Below the pieces are notes generated by a model, which was not told the origin of the DNA, made no database searches, and saw only the letters and a program-made list of their open reading frames with translations. 64,000 nucleotides of DNA from Malacoraja senta (lineage: Eukaryota). This document shows positions 1-12,810 of the stretch, piece by piece; the stretch's first letter is position 1, and every line of letters begins with the position of its first letter. The DNA lies in the NCBI GenBank assembly GCA_038087875.1, contig JAXLNO010001840.1, forward strand, positions 62,001 through 126,000, written 5' to 3'. The position numbers and the translations under genes are program-made.

Positions 1-904
1 TTAACAACAAGTAGGAGTTGCAGAGAACTTGTTAGTTGGGTTAAGTTAGGGTAAGCTGGATGAGTTAGCGTAAACTCTGCAAGTCAACCTCAAGCAGTGC
101 TCAGTATACCTTCCCTGCTTTGACAGAGGGATCAGATAACAAAGTTAATAAAGTATGGCTGTGATTAACAGTCAAAAGGTCATAGATCCATGGTTTGTGT
201 GCCACTGTGGGGCAAATGCAGGCTGCATATTAATTTCTGTAAACACCTAGGGAGAAGGAACCAGTTCCATAAGGAGAGGCTTACTTAACTTTGTGCTGGA
301 AAATAAAATACCTCCCTATAATACTTCATGGAGTGGACCAAGGTAGTGGGGGTTCAAATGAGGAACCATTTAGAAAATTAAAGACAAATTACAAGATGGT
401 TGTGCAAGTTAACAAATGTGTAATAAGACCAATGTTGTCAGGATGGATCAGAACCCCTGCAGGTAAAAAGTACCCTCCAAATAGAGAGTAGAGAAAAATG
501 ATAAACAGACAAAATAAAAATACATTTTACCTGAACCCATGAAGCATTCATTATAATATCATCACATAGGTAGCATAAATATAAATAAACAGTCTCATTT
601 AAATATAAAGACCATTGGTTATAAGAAGAGGTTGGACAAACTTGGATTGTTTTCTCTGGAATGTCAGAAGCTGACGGGCTACCTGAGAGAATTATGTCGG
701 GGTGGGAGATTGCAACCTTCACGTGGTCCACCCTGTTTCAACGAGTGCAATCAACCTGGCGTGCACAAACAGATCAAACGGAACAAATTGTCTTACAACT
801 TTAGGCTGTGCACGGCATACGCAAGAAAAATATAGAATTATATTAATTTATGAGAGGTGATGATAGGCCAGATTATCAGAATCTTTTTTCCAGGGTGAGA
901 TACT

Positions 905-1680
905 TAGCACTTGTCCGACTTAAATTCCATCTGTCAGTCCCCAGCCCAAGCTAATACTGATCCTGTTGTAATCTTAGATAACCTTCTTCACTTCACTATA
1001 CCAAAAATGTTGGTCTTATCCATAATCTTAGTAACCATGCCACCTACACGTTCAGCCAAATCATATAGTTGAGAAACAAGATATCCCTGTGGCATACCCT
1101 GGGTCACAGGCCGCCAATTTGATCAACAACTCTCCACTATCACTCTCTGACTTCTACCACCAAGCCAATTTGGTATTCAATTTTGCTAGCTCATCCTGGA
1201 TCCTATGTGATCTAACCTTCAAGACCAGCCTGCCATGTGGGAGCTTATCAAAGACCTCACTAAATACCCTGCAGTCAATGTCTACTAACCTGCCCTTGTC
1301 AATCCTCTGCCACCTCTTGAAAAAACTTAATCAAATTTAGGAGATGCAATTTCCCATGCATAAAGCCATGCTGGCTATCCATAAATCAGTCCTTGCCTTT
1401 CCGAATGCTGGTGGATCCAATCTCTCAGAATTCCCTTCAGTAACTTTCCCACCACTGATGTTGGGCTCTCCAGGCTATAGTTCCCTAGCCTATCCTCTCC
1501 TGAAATAAAGGCACAACTTTAGCCACCCTTCTGTCTTCCGATACCTTAGCTATGGTTAACGATGAATTAAATATCTCTGCCCGAACCCCTGCAATTTATT
1601 TCCTCCCATCCCACAATGTTCTAGGATACACTCGGTCAGGCTCCAGGGATTTATCTACCTTTATGTGTTTTAAGGCAGCC
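905..1680 (-). mobile_element. CR1 LINE fragment (degenerate RT region)
   Basis: Antisense to CR1 ORF2-type sequence, similar to other CR1 copies in the window. Confidence 0.7.
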
Positions 1681-1922
1681 TTAATAATAAGCAACTGACC
1701 TACCAACCAGCATGTACTTGGGATACGAGAGGAAACTGGACTACCTAAATTTTTATTAATCAGTTAATAAATACTATAAATCAATAAGAACTCCATAAAT
1801 AAAGAACCAAAATGAATAGGAACTTAAAAGCAAAAAGCTGCAGCTGCTAGATATGTGAAATAAAAACAGAAAACACTAAATGGAAATATCAAAATATACA
1901 AGATAAAATGTAGGTGGAATAC

Positions 1923-2710
1923 CTTTGGATAAATAGCCTCTCTTCTCCAATTAAAACATCTGTTATATATCCACGTCCAGCATGATTGATTCGAGTAGAA
2001 CACGGAAGATTTTCTGGTTTGTAACAAAACCAAGGCTCACCTGTCCTGAGATCAGTAAAGTTACATAGTGGTTTAGTTGGAGTTAAAAACACATTGCAAA
2101 CAGTAGTCTTTGAAATTGCTCCAGCCTTGAAAGTGCTTTTCATATAAATTCGATCTGGTCGTTCTTCACGCAGCCGTTTTAGTACTTTGATCCCTTCACT
2201 GGGATGAATTAGGGAAACTGACACTTGGACTTTTCCTGGCCAGGATAAAGTAAAATTAATGTAATAATATCCATTTTGGTTATCTATAACTGTTCCTGCT
2301 GAACCAGCCTTTAACTCTGGGGTGTGAATCCGCGCTTGCAGATAGCCACCTCCATATTGTTTTGGATTTCCATCAAAGTCAAACATTCGCAGCATCACTT
2401 GCAATTGATCTCCAACGTGGAAAGTCTTCTCAGAATTTAAAATGATAAAGCAAGTATGCAATGGGTCGGTGCTTTTCCTAAAGGGCACACTGGGATCGGG
2501 AGGCATTGGCCATTCAATCATTTTCATCAGTACTGTACCCTCTGTTCTTTCTTCAAGGGTGAAGCTATGATTCTGATAGCCATACTTCACCAGCTTGTGG
2601 ATCCAATCAGTCTTTGGCATTTTTACTTCCTGCTGTAGTGTGGAATGATTCTTCCGAGCTGGGTATCTGATCCACACTGACTTTGCTCCGGAAATTGAAA
2701 ATTGCGGGAA
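1923..2710 (-). CDS. NXPE3: NXPE3-like (neurexophilin/PC-esterase family) large exon
   Basis: FHVGDQL, YGGGYLQARIH, WPGKVQVSVSLIHPSEG, CNFTDLRTGEPWFCYKP match NXPE3 as I recall it. Acceptor ccatag|TTC is in frame, donor AG|gtattc. The catalytic-domain exons are not in the window. Orthology versus paralogy unresolved. Confidence 0.92.
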
Positions 2711-3090
2711 CTATGGAAAACAGCAAATTCAATGAATTTTTTTTTCAAATAGTTTTACACCATTTATAATCATCAAGACTAAAAATTACAAATTTTAGTT
2801 TCAATCACAGAATTTTTACAACATGATTATAATATTATTATTCAAGATTCAAGAATGTTTTCTTGTCATATGTATTAGAACGGAACAATGACATTCTTAC
2901 ATGCAGCAGCAGCACAACAGGTTTGCAACACAGTACTCAATAGATTAAATCATAAACAAACAAAAAAAGATAGACAATAGGCGCAGGAGTAGGCCATTCG
3001 GCCCTTCCAGCCAGCACCGCCATTCAATGGGGTTGGGGACTGGACATTGTGTCTTCCCCCACAGTGCTGGTCATATAACCATATAATATA

Positions 3091-3985
3091 ACCATAACAG
3101 CATGGAAACAGGCCATCTCGGCCCTTCAAGTCCGTGCCGAACATTTTTTTTTAATTTTTTTTAATTAAAAATAAATACTTCCCCCTAGTCCCATCTACCT
3201 GCACTCAGACCATAACCGTCCATTCCTTTCCCGTCCATATACCCATCCAATCTATTTTTAAAGGATAACATCGAACCTGCCTCTACCACTTCCACTGGAA
3301 GCTCATTCCACACAGCTACCACTCTCTGAGTAAAGAAGTTCCCCCTAATGTTCCCCCTAAACTTCTGTCCCTTAATTCTCAAGTCATGTCCCCTTGTTTG
3401 AATCTTCCCTACTCTCAATGGGAAAAGCTTATCCATGTCCACTCTGTCTAACCCGCTCATAATTTTAAAGACCTCTATCAAGTCCCCTGTTAACCTTCTG
3501 CGCTCCAAAGAATAAAGACCTAACTTGTTCAACCTTTCTCTGTAACTTAGTTGCTGAAACCCAGGCAACATTCTAGTAAATCTCCTCTGTACTCTCTCTA
3601 TTTTGTTGACATCCTTCCTATAATTAGGCGACCAAAATTGTACTCCATACTCCAGAATTGGCCTCACCAATGCCTTGTACAATTTTAACATTACATCCCA
3701 ACTTCTATATTTAATGCTCTGATTTATAAAGGCCAGCACACCAAAAGCTTTCTTTACCACCCTATCTACATGAGATTCCACCTTCAGGGAACTATGCACA
3801 GTGATTCCTAGATCCCTCTGTTCAACTGCATTCCTCAATTCGCTACCATTTACCGTGTACGTCCTATTTTGATTTGTCCTGCCGAGATGTAGCACCTCAC
3901 ATTTGTCAGCATTAAACTCCATCTGCCATCTTTCAGCCCACTCTTCCAAATGGCCTAAATCTCTCTGTAGACTTTGAAAATCTAC
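3091..3985 (-). mobile_element. CR1 LINE, 5'-truncated 3' end
   Basis: ORF 3185-3949 (WQMEFNADKC, RPILEYGVQFWSP, LYSLERRRL) plus CR1 3' UTR. Confidence 0.93.
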
Positions 3986-3986
3986 T

Positions 3987-4287
3987 TGTGGGGGGATGAC
4001 TTTTGTGTGCTGTGCCTGTTAGTCTGTGTGCAAGATGGCGGTCGGAGGGGAGAGTGGACGCTGGCACGAATTGGCTGCCGCTGCTCTCTCCTCAAATTGT
4101 GTTTCTTATTTTCTTTTTGTGCTTTTGTACTTGAATTCTGTCCTTGATTTGTGTACTGTCGTGTTTTTATATTTAATTTACTCCGATTATGTGTTTTGTA
4201 TTTTTGTGATTCTATGCCTTGTAAGGTGTCCTTGGGTTTTAGAAAGGCACCAGTAAATAAAATGAATTATTATTATTATTATTATTA
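3987..4287 (+). repeat. Short interspersed element ending in an (ATT)n tail
   Basis: CAAGATGGCG head and aataaaatgaattattattattattatt tail. Family not assigned. Confidence 0.5.
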
Positions 4288-5252
4288 ATGTGACCATGGC
4301 TAATCATCTGCAATCAGTACCCCGTTCCTGCCTTCTCTCCATATCCCTTAATTTCGCTATCCCTAAGAGCTCTATCTAACTCTTTCTTGAAAGCATCCGG
4401 AGAACCAGCCTCCACCGCCTCTGAGGCAGAGAATTCCACACATTAACAACTCACTGTGTGAAAAAGATTTTTCTCATCTCCGTTCTAAATGGCTTACCAC
4501 TTATTCTTAAACTATGGCCCCTGGTTCTGGACTCCCCAAACATTTGGAACATGTTTCCTGCCTCCCAATGTGTCCAAACCCATATTATCTTATATGTTTC
4601 AATAAGATGCCCTCTCATCCTTCTAAATTCCAGAGTATACAAGCCCAGCCGCTCCAATCTATCAACATATGACAGTCCTGCCATCTCGGGAATTAACCTT
4701 GTGAACCTACACTGCACTCCCTCAATAGCAAGAATGTCCTTCCTCAAGTTTGGAGACCAAAACTGCACACAATACTACAGGTCTGATCGCACTAGGGCCC
4801 TCTACAACTGCAGGAGGACCTCTTTGCTCCTATACTCAACTCCTCTTGTTATGAAGACCAACATGCCATTCGTTTTCTTCTCTTCCTGCTGTACCTGCAT
4901 GCTTACTTCCAGTGAGTGATGAACAAGGACCCCCAGATGTCGTTGTACTTCCCCTTTTCCCAACTTGGCACCATTTAGATAATAATCTGCCTCCCTGTTT
5001 TTGCCATCAAAGTGGATAACCTCACATTTATCCACATTAAACTGCATTTGCCCACTCACCCAACCTGTCCAAATCACCCTGCATCCTCATAGCATCCTCC
5101 TCACAGTTCACACCCAGCTTTTTGTCATCTGCAAATTTGCTAATGTTACTTTGAATCCCTTCATCCAAATCATTAATATATATTTTAAATAGCTGCGGTC
5201 CCAGCACCGAGCCTTGCGGTACCCCACTAGTCACTGCCTGCCATTCAGAAAG
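4288..5252 (-). mobile_element. CR1 LINE fragment
   Basis: Broken ORFs 5037-5288, 4802-5077 and 4451-4768 (GVPQGSVLGP, KFADD, QFWSPNLRKD). Confidence 0.92.
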
Positions 5253-6399
5253 GTACCCGTAAAAGATGGCGCCTGCCTGTGGCGACATTTTGCCATCAGC
5301 TCAACAGAAGAGAATTATTTATAGCTTCACTCAACTCACCTGGATCAGAGAAATGGCAGAAATCAGTGCCGTAATGGACAATCTAAATCGTCTATATTTT
5401 GTGTTGTCTACCCATAGTCAATATTTTTATACTAAATATCAGTTTGTCCCATGTATTGTGCAAAAAATATTTTTTTTGATTATATTGAGTGGATGTTTCT
5501 AGATTAATTTATGGGAATTAAACTTCAAATTCCTTCCATCTGGCATATGAATTCATGACAGTGAGATTTAAAAATCATGTTATATTGTGAATTCTTGTGT
5601 GACTGGGATTAGTTTGTTATTTGGATACTTAGGCTATTTAAAAAATATATCCTTTTCTTAAGAAATGGAATCTACAGGACATTCTTAATGGGAGAGTAGT
5701 GGGCAGAAAGGCATGTCATGCGTGGTTTGAAGAGCAAAAACTTGTAGTTTACAATGCCAAAATTGAAAAGTTGAGGAAAAACAAGGTGTACAGAGTTACA
5801 GTCTGAGGAGTATGATGATGCTACTGATTATGATATGCCAATGTACCAGCTAGCAACTGATCTTCTTCATAAAGACTTGGTCTATTGCTAGAAATTGTAA
5901 TATATTTACCTATCTGTTACGGACTTACAGCATATAATACAATAATATTAAAGTTCTGATCTTGAGAATATCACATTTTTGAATTTTCAAGGCAGTCTGG
6001 GTGTTTATTACAATTTCCGTCACAACGGTCAATTTTGTAATTGACTACAATTAGGTAATTAACTAATTATATGCCTTAATTTCAGGTCATCCAAGTAAGA
6101 TGTTTTCATTTGTTTCAGAATGCTTCAATCTATAATAACTGAAAATTGCATTCAGTTCTCTTAATTTTTAAGAAAGTTATGGGCTTTTGACTGTCCTCGA
6201 TCACAGCTTTTGTGTTGTCAATGCAAAAGCAATAGGGAACAAGATGGTAATTTCCCAGTATGAAAATGGCCATAACCTTTTTAATACTGAAGATATGAAG
6301 GTGAATTAGGTGTCAAATTAAATTTCTTTTTATGTGTTATCTGATGGGATAAATTGCAGACTTTATTTTTAAAATCTCAAAATTTTGTAACATTGCTAA
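5253..6399. mobile_element. Non-autonomous DNA element, same family as 48508-49547
   Basis: Long AT-rich blocks shared with 49010-49547, and both end in ...gtaacattgcta. Left boundary uncertain. Confidence 0.7.
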
Positions 6400-6655
6400 A
6401 TTGTGTCCGGAAACGTGGCCGACGGGCAGGATTTCAGGTCAGACTGAAGCGCAGGGGACTTCGATCCCCTCTCCCTACTATCGTACTACAACTCTGTGTG
6501 GTGCTCAGACGTGGCAGTCCTGTCCAACTCCTGCTCTCCACACCTCGAACACCTGGCTGTGAAGTGCCATTCCTTCTACCAACTGAGGGAATTCACCTCC
6601 ATCATCCTGACGGTCTACATCCCACCCCTGGCTGATGCCCATCTGGCACTTCAAG
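6400..6655 (+). mobile_element. Rex1/Babar-type LINE, endonuclease-region fragment
   Basis: RKRGRRAG...RRGLRSPLPTI and SCSPHLEHLAVKC...VYIPP. Confidence 0.7.
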
Positions 6656-6949
6656 ATCAAACTTCAAACGCTAAGTTCTCATTTAATCTTTCTATTTTTC
6701 ACAGTTATCAATTTAATGCGTGGTGGCATGGGCGTTAAGGGCCTGTCCCACGAGCATGCGACTGCATGCAGCTAGTGCGACCTAACGTGGTCACGCTAGC
6801 CGTGCGGCCTCGCAGGGCCGTTACTACTTCGATCGCCGGAGCCGTATGGAGTTGTGCGGAGCTGGTCCCGACATCGCACGGGGCTCCGTAAAACTGACAG
6901 TGTTCAAAAATTCCGCGCGTCAACGGCCTGCCGGCCCGCTGCTGCATTA

Positions 6950-7140
6950 AGGCCGCACGCACCGCCTCAACGCCGCATGCACCACCACGACGCCACAAGC
7001 ACCGCCTCGATGCCACAAGCGCCGCCTCGACGCCACACGCACCGCCTCAACGCCGCACGCACCACCATGACGCCACAAACACCGCCTCGACGCCACAAGC
7101 ACCGCCTCGACGCCACAAGCACCGCCTCGACGCCACACGT
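6950..7140 (+). repeat. About 20-bp minisatellite (cgccacaagcaccgcctcga)
   Basis: Visible tandem units. Explains the spurious ORFs at 6735-7165. Confidence 0.9.
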
Positions 7141-7155
7141 CAGTGTCTTGACGCC

Positions 7156-8706
7156 GTGGTGTTAGGTAAATTGAATGGATTAAATGCCGATAAATCCCCA
7201 GGGCCAGATAGGCTGCATCCCAGAGTGCTTAAGGAAGTAGCCCCAGAAATAGTGGATGCATTAGTGATAATTTTTCTAAACTCTTTAGATTCTGCAGTAG
7301 TTCCTGAGAATTGGAGGGTAGCTGATGTAACCCCCCTTTTTAAAAAGGGAGGGAGAGAGAAAGCGGGGAATTACAGACCAGTTAGTCTAACATCGGTAGT
7401 GGGGAAACTGCTAGAGTCAGTTATTAAAGATGGGATAGCAGCACATTTGGAAAGTGGTGAATCTTATGGAATTTTTCGAGGATGTAACTGGTAGAGTGGA
7501 TAAGGGAGAACCAGTGGATGTGTTATATCTGGACTTTCAGAAGGCTTTCGACAAGGCCCCACATAAGAGATTAGTATACAAACTTAAAGCACACGGTTTT
7601 GGGGGTTCAGTATTTATGTGGATAGAGAACTGGCTGGCAGACAGGAAGCAAAGAGTAGGAGTAAACGGGTCCTTTTCAGAATGGCAGGCTCTACTAGTGG
7701 GGTACCGCAAGGCTCAGTGCTGGGACCCCAGCTATTTACAATATATATTATTGATTTGGATGAGGGAATTGAATGCAACATCTCCAAGTTTGCGGATGAC
7801 ACAAAGCTGGGGGGCAGTGTTAGCTGTGAGGAGGATGCTAGGAGGCTGCAAGGTGACTTGGATGGGCTGGGTGAGTGGGCAAATGCATGGCAGATGCAGT
7901 ATAATGTGGATAAATGTGAGGTTATCCACTTTGGTGGCAAAAACAGGAAAGAAGACTATTATCTAAATGGTGGCCAATTAGGAAAAGGGGAGATGCAACG
8001 ACACCTGGGTGTCATGGTACACCAGTCATTGAAAGTAGGCATGCAGGTGCAGCAGGCAGTGAAGAAAGCAAATGGTATGTTAGCATCATAGCAAAAGGAT
8101 TTGAGTATAGGAGCAGGGAGGTTCTACTGCAGTTGTACAGGGCCTTGATGAGAGCACACCTGGAGTATTGTGTACAGTTTTGGTCTCCTAATCTGAGGAA
8201 AGACATTCTTGCCATAGAGGGAGTAGAGAGAAGGTTCACCAGACTGATTCCTGGGATGTCAGGACTTTCATATGAAGAAAGACTGGATAGACTTGGCTTG
8301 TACTCGCTAGAATTTAGAAGATTGAGGGGGGATCTTATAGAAACGCACAAAATTCTTAAGGGGTTGGACAGGCTAGATGTAGGAAGATTGTCCCCGATGT
8401 TGGGGAAGTCCAGAACAAGGGGTCACAGTTAAGGATAAGGGGGAAATCTTTTAGGAAATCATTTTTTACACAGAGAGTGGTGAATCTGTGGAACTCTCTG
8501 CCACAGAATGTAGTTGAGGCCAGTTCATTGGCTATATTCAAGAGGGAGTTAGATGTGGCCCTTGTGGCTAAAGGGATCAGGGGGTATGGAGAGAAGGCAG
8601 GTACAGGATACTGAGTTGGATGATCAGCCGTGATCATATTGAATGGCGGTGCAGGCTCGAAGGGCCGAATGGCCTACTCCTGCACCTATTGTCTATGTTT
8701 CTATGT
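7156..8706 (+). mobile_element. CR1 LINE, 5'-truncated, frameshifted RT with (TATGTTTC)-type tail
   Basis: ORFs 7156-7494, 7454-7966, 7618-8091 and 8133-8432 (NYRPVSLTS, YLDFQKAFD, KFADD). Confidence 0.95.
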
Positions 8707-8819
8707 ACGCAGCGTCTTGATGCCGAACGCAGCGTCTTGACATCACAGCCCGACGCCGTGCTACGTCCAGATTCAGTCGGCCCGCCTCCTGCCCAGCTGA
8801 TTGGTGAGTTTGATGTCGG

Positions 8820-9212
8820 GACCGGACCGGCCCCGCACAACTCCACGCGGCCCCGCACAACTCCACGCGGCCCCGCACTGCACGACTCCACGCGGCCCCG
8901 CACAACTCCACGCGGCCCCGCACAACTCCACGCGGCCCCGCACAACTCCACACGGCCCCGCGGTTGGAAGTGGGACCAGCCCCGCACAACTCCACGCGGC
9001 CCCGCACAACTCCACACGGCCCCGCACAACTCCACACGGCCCCGCACAACCCCGCGGTTGGAAGTGGGACGGCCCCGCACAACTCCACACGGCCCCGCGT
9101 TTGGAAGTGGGACCGGCCCCGCACAACTCCACACGGCCCCGCGGTTGGTAGTGGGACCGGCCCCGCACAACTCCACACGGCCCCGCGGTTGGAAGTGGGA
9201 CCGGCCCCGCGC
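8820..9212 (+). repeat. GC-rich 20-bp minisatellite (ccccgcacaactccacRcgg) with ggttggaagtgggacc variant units
   Basis: Visible tandem array. Explains the overlapping ORFs at 8620-9380. Confidence 0.93.
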
Positions 9213-9306
9213 GGCCGTACGCCTCAAGTCACCACGTTAGGTCACGCTAGACGCGTGCAGACGCATGCTGGTGGGACGGGCCCTTTAGTTTTATCTTTCT
9301 ACTCAC

Positions 9307-9408
9307 CTTTATATGCCGCAAGTTTAGAAACATCAATGCCAGTGCCAGCAACGCCACAATCAGGAATCGTCCGACATTAGTGTTTATTTTTGTAGCTTGT
9401 TTGTCCAT
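9307..9408 (-). CDS. NXPE3: NXPE3-like gene, first coding exon (type II signal anchor MDKQATKINTNVGRFLIVALLALALMFLNLRHIK)
   Basis: Hydrophobic anchor, phase-0 donor AAG|gtgagt matching the phase-0 acceptor at 2710. An upstream acceptor ttttttag| at 9444 implies an upstream exon. Confidence 0.75.
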
Positions 9409-9469
9409 GTTGGAGTTCCCCCACACTCCCGTGTACATCCACAACTAAAAAAACAATTAAGAGCTCGAG

Positions 9470-9850
9470 AGTTTCCGCCCGTGGCTTCACACGTTAACTT
9501 TACAAAATGACAGTGCGAGTAAAACTGTGGCAAAGGACTGGAGGAGTATCTTTGGTATGAAGTTAGTTACGTTTCGTATGTAATTGTCTCTTCACTGCGT
9601 TAAGTACAGTGTTCTGTTAGAAACTGGTCACCCGTCGCGTTACATGATTTCTGCTGAAGCTCTCAAGTTTTGCACTTGGTTCCATTGTCAATATAATCTA
9701 ATATTCTGGTCCCTGAACCCATGAAGAGCCCGGGTAAAACATCCGCACGCATCCTCCGCCCGTCATTGGATTTATTGATCAACCTGTGATATTGATTTCG
9801 CGTTACGCCATTCATCGTGAAAGTCAATCTATGATCTGCCCCGTGCTTTA
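9470..9850 (-). promoter_or_regulatory. Probable NXPE3-like promoter (CpG-rich; CCAAT, TGACG and GC box clustered at 9753-9770)
   Basis: Minus strand tccaatgacgggcggagg, a second GC box near 9475-9481, and local CpG enrichment in non-repeat DNA. Confidence 0.45.
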
Positions 9851-11564
9851 AATATATTTGTCGGAAACACATGAAATAATAGTTCTATGAATCAGCCCTC
9901 CATCGAACAGTTTACGTCCGAGAGTTCAAAGTTATCTGGCGGCATCTCTGGAGAACATCGATAAGATGGAGTTTGTCGTCGAGTCCCTTCTTCACACTGA
10001 TTGTGGTGGTTGGAGAGGTTGTGGTGATGGTTGGTCGGATATACCGTTTCTAGGGGCACCAATATCTACCAAAGATACTAATATCTACCCCTAAAAAAAA
10101 ACCTCCACGCCACACTCAGTCTGTAGAAGGGTCCCGACCAGATTCATCGCCTATCCAAGTTCTCCAGAGATGCTGCCTGCCTGACCCGCTGAGTTACTCT
10201 AGCACTTCGTGTCTTTTTCTTTGTCAACCAGCATCTGTGGTTCCTTGTATCTGCTTTTATCGCGAGGTAGTTTTCTCAGGCACGAACAGTTTATTTGATT
10301 CTAAAACATAATAACATAAACGAGTTCGCGACGGCGTTGAATTACCTGCGATTTGCAATTATTTTCTTTTCATTGATGTCGAGAAGCTTTGACATTATCT
10401 GCAGGAGACAGATTGCTGTTGATATTACCTGGTCACATTTAGCACGAATGAATGCTTCAAACATTGATTGAGAAGTCGTCTCCTCCCAGTTTCGCTGTCC
10501 TCCTTATCTAATGCCACACCCATTCATTCTACACGCACTCCTGTTCCGTGTGCAACAAGTCATCAGACCCTTCATCAGACGAAATAAACTTTGCACTTAT
10601 TTTTATAAAAATTAAAGTATTCAGTAAAAGTTATTTTGTTTGGCCATTGACATCATGAACAGCACGGAGTAAAACTGTGTCTTGAACTTCTATGAGAACA
10701 TTTCTGACTTCCTCCTCAAGAGGTGAAAGGCAAGAACAATAATAAAAAATATATGAAAAGCAGGACATCAGTGTTCACAATGAGAAAAACGAATTAATGG
10801 TGGTGCAAGAAGTGGTCCGAAATGTTCCGTTGCCAAGTCAGGATTAGGGTTATGCAGGTTGGTTCAAACACCTGAAAGTTGTGGGAAAGTAGCTGGTTTG
10901 AAGCTGGTTGTGTGAGCCTTCAGCCTGTCGGAAGCAGTAAGAAGTGGACATGGACGATGACAGATGGCACATACTTGAGATGATTCATATAGATACTTTC
11001 TATGGTGAGATGTGTTGTTCCACTGATAGATCGGGATGAGGTCACCACCCTCTACAGCCTCCTGTGTTGGAATTGCCACACAATACAATTACGCCACCAG
11101 TCAAGGTGCTTTCTCAGTATATTATGCTGAATCTCTTTAAACCAAAGAAAGTTTAAGGTGATCAGAGAGTGAGACAAAATTGACTTTTCAGGTCAAGGAC
11201 TCTTCATTGGAATGGAAAAAAAAGAAACCAATTTTAAAAGTCTCTTTCCCAAAGAACATCTTGAAAGGGGCTGCACAATGGATTGATCACCCTTAAAGAT
11301 GGCCACAATCTCTTTCAAGTGATTGCTGGGATCAGCGCCAGACTTAATGATACAGTTAAAAGATATCTAGTTGTGTAAGAGAGTACAGAGGTTATGCCAT
11401 TTTATGTCAAAATAATAAATTAGTCAAATTCAGATTAGTTAATGGTTATATATATATATACGTTGCAATTCATTTCCTTATTCAGATGAAGTTTACACAG
11501 CAAGCAGGAAATGGCAATGATAGATACACCTATAAATACAACAACAAATGCAAATCAGCAGAAT

Positions 11565-12490
11565 CGAATACAATACGTTTTATTGTCATTGCACAGCAAC
11601 TGTACAACGAAATTTCAGTGCATCTCCTTCAGTTGTATACAATAAAAGACAGGATAAAAAGATTTAAAAGTACAAAAACACATTAACTCTCATATTACCA
11701 GCAAGACCTCAGGAAATATAGCCGCTGCTGTGACTTCTTTACAAGAGTGATGGTGTTCACTGTCCATGTGAGGTCCTGGGAGATGTATGTACCCAGGAAC
11801 TTAAAGCCAGTGACTCTCTCCACCATGTCTCCTTTGATGTAAAGAGGAGCAGGTTCCTCTCTCCTCCTCCTGAAGTCAATAACCAGTTCTTTTGTTTTGG
11901 TTGAGTTGAGTACCAGGTTATTGTTAGTGCACCAGACAGTCAGTTTTTGGACTTCATCTCTGTAGGCAGACTCGTCGTTGTTATTTATCAGCCCCACCAC
12001 AGTCGTGTCATCTGCAAACTTAATGATCCGGTTTGTGCTCTGTGTTGGTGTGCAGTCATGGGTGTATATTGTTTAGAGAATAGGACTCAGCACACAACCT
12101 TGTGGCGCTCCTGTGCTGAGCGGCAGGACTGGGGAGTGATTGGACCCCATCCTGACAGTCAGTGGGCGATCTGTTAATAAGTCCTTGATCCATCTGCATG
12201 TGTTGGCATTTACACCCAGTTTGTCCACCATTCTGCTGGGGATGATGGTATTGAATGCAGAACTAAAATCTACAAACAACATCCTCACATATGAGCTGGG
12301 GCGCTCCAGGTGAGTCAGTGCAGAATGTAGAGCTATGTTGATGGCGTCCTCTGTTGACCTGTTAGCTCTGTATGCAAACTGATGCTGATCCAGGGTGGAT
12401 GGGAGTGAGGATTTAATGTGGGCCAGGACCAGCCTCTCAAAACACTTCATCACAGTTGAAGTAAGAGCAACAGTTGAAGTAAGAGCAACA
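11565..12490 (-). mobile_element. Rex1/Babar-type LINE fragment (RT and 3' tail)
   Basis: [47 protein letters not shown]. Confidence 0.88.
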
Positions 12491-12517
12491 GGATACCAAG
12501 TTAAACTAAGGCAACAC

Positions 12518-12810
12518 AGAGGCACTGTGATAGAGTGGCTGTCTTACAGCATTAGAGACCCGGGTTCGATCCTGACTAGAGTGCTGTCTGGAAGGAGTTT
12601 GTACGTTCTCTCTGTCACCCTGTGGGTTTTCTCTGGGGGCTCCGGTTTCCTCCCAAATACAAAAGACGTGCAGGTTTGTAGGTTAATTTGCTTCTGTAAA
12701 TTGTCCCTAGCTTGAAGGACAGAAATAGTGAATGGACAATTGCTGGTCCGTGTGGACTCAGTGGCCCAAAGTTCCTGTTTCCATACTCTATCTCTAAACT
12801 AAACCAAAAC
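12518..12810 (+). mobile_element. tRNA-derived SINE (HE1-like)
   Basis: B box GGTTCGATCC and CR1-like tail ending ctaaactaaa. Confidence 0.8.

Larger units (their letters stand above)
6738..9284. mobile_element. PIF/Harbinger-type MITE with about 53-bp imperfect TIRs (AGGGCCTGTCCCAC...), TTA TSD, internal minisatellites, split by a CR1
   Basis: TTA at 6735-6737 and 9285-9287. The two ends are inverted copies. The motif cagYgtcttgaYgcc occurs on both sides of the CR1. Confidence 0.85.

Noticed and set aside
530-545. 15-nt match cctgaacccatgaag shared with about 9712-9726
   Set aside because: A match of this length is expected by chance in a 64-kb self-comparison.
291-731. Short ORFs considered as the next NXPE exon
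   Set aside because: No similarity to the expected GVNIK...GDST region. The downstream exons are probably outside the window.
2677-2680. Alternative phase-1 acceptor (gtcag|TG TGG) that would allow an in-frame alpha2-NXPE fusion
   Set aside because: Several AGs precede it, including the well-supported ccatag acceptor at 2710, and it would skip the NXPE anchor exon. No positive evidence.
8820-9212. Repeat array that could be mistaken for CRISPR
   Set aside because: Tandem units without unique spacers, eukaryotic context, no cas genes.
8620-9380. Several long overlapping ORFs on both strands
   Set aside because: Produced by the stop-free GC-rich minisatellite.
9663-9872. 69-aa ORF considered as a possible alpha3 exon
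   Set aside because: No Ig C1 motifs. It overlaps the probable NXPE promoter.
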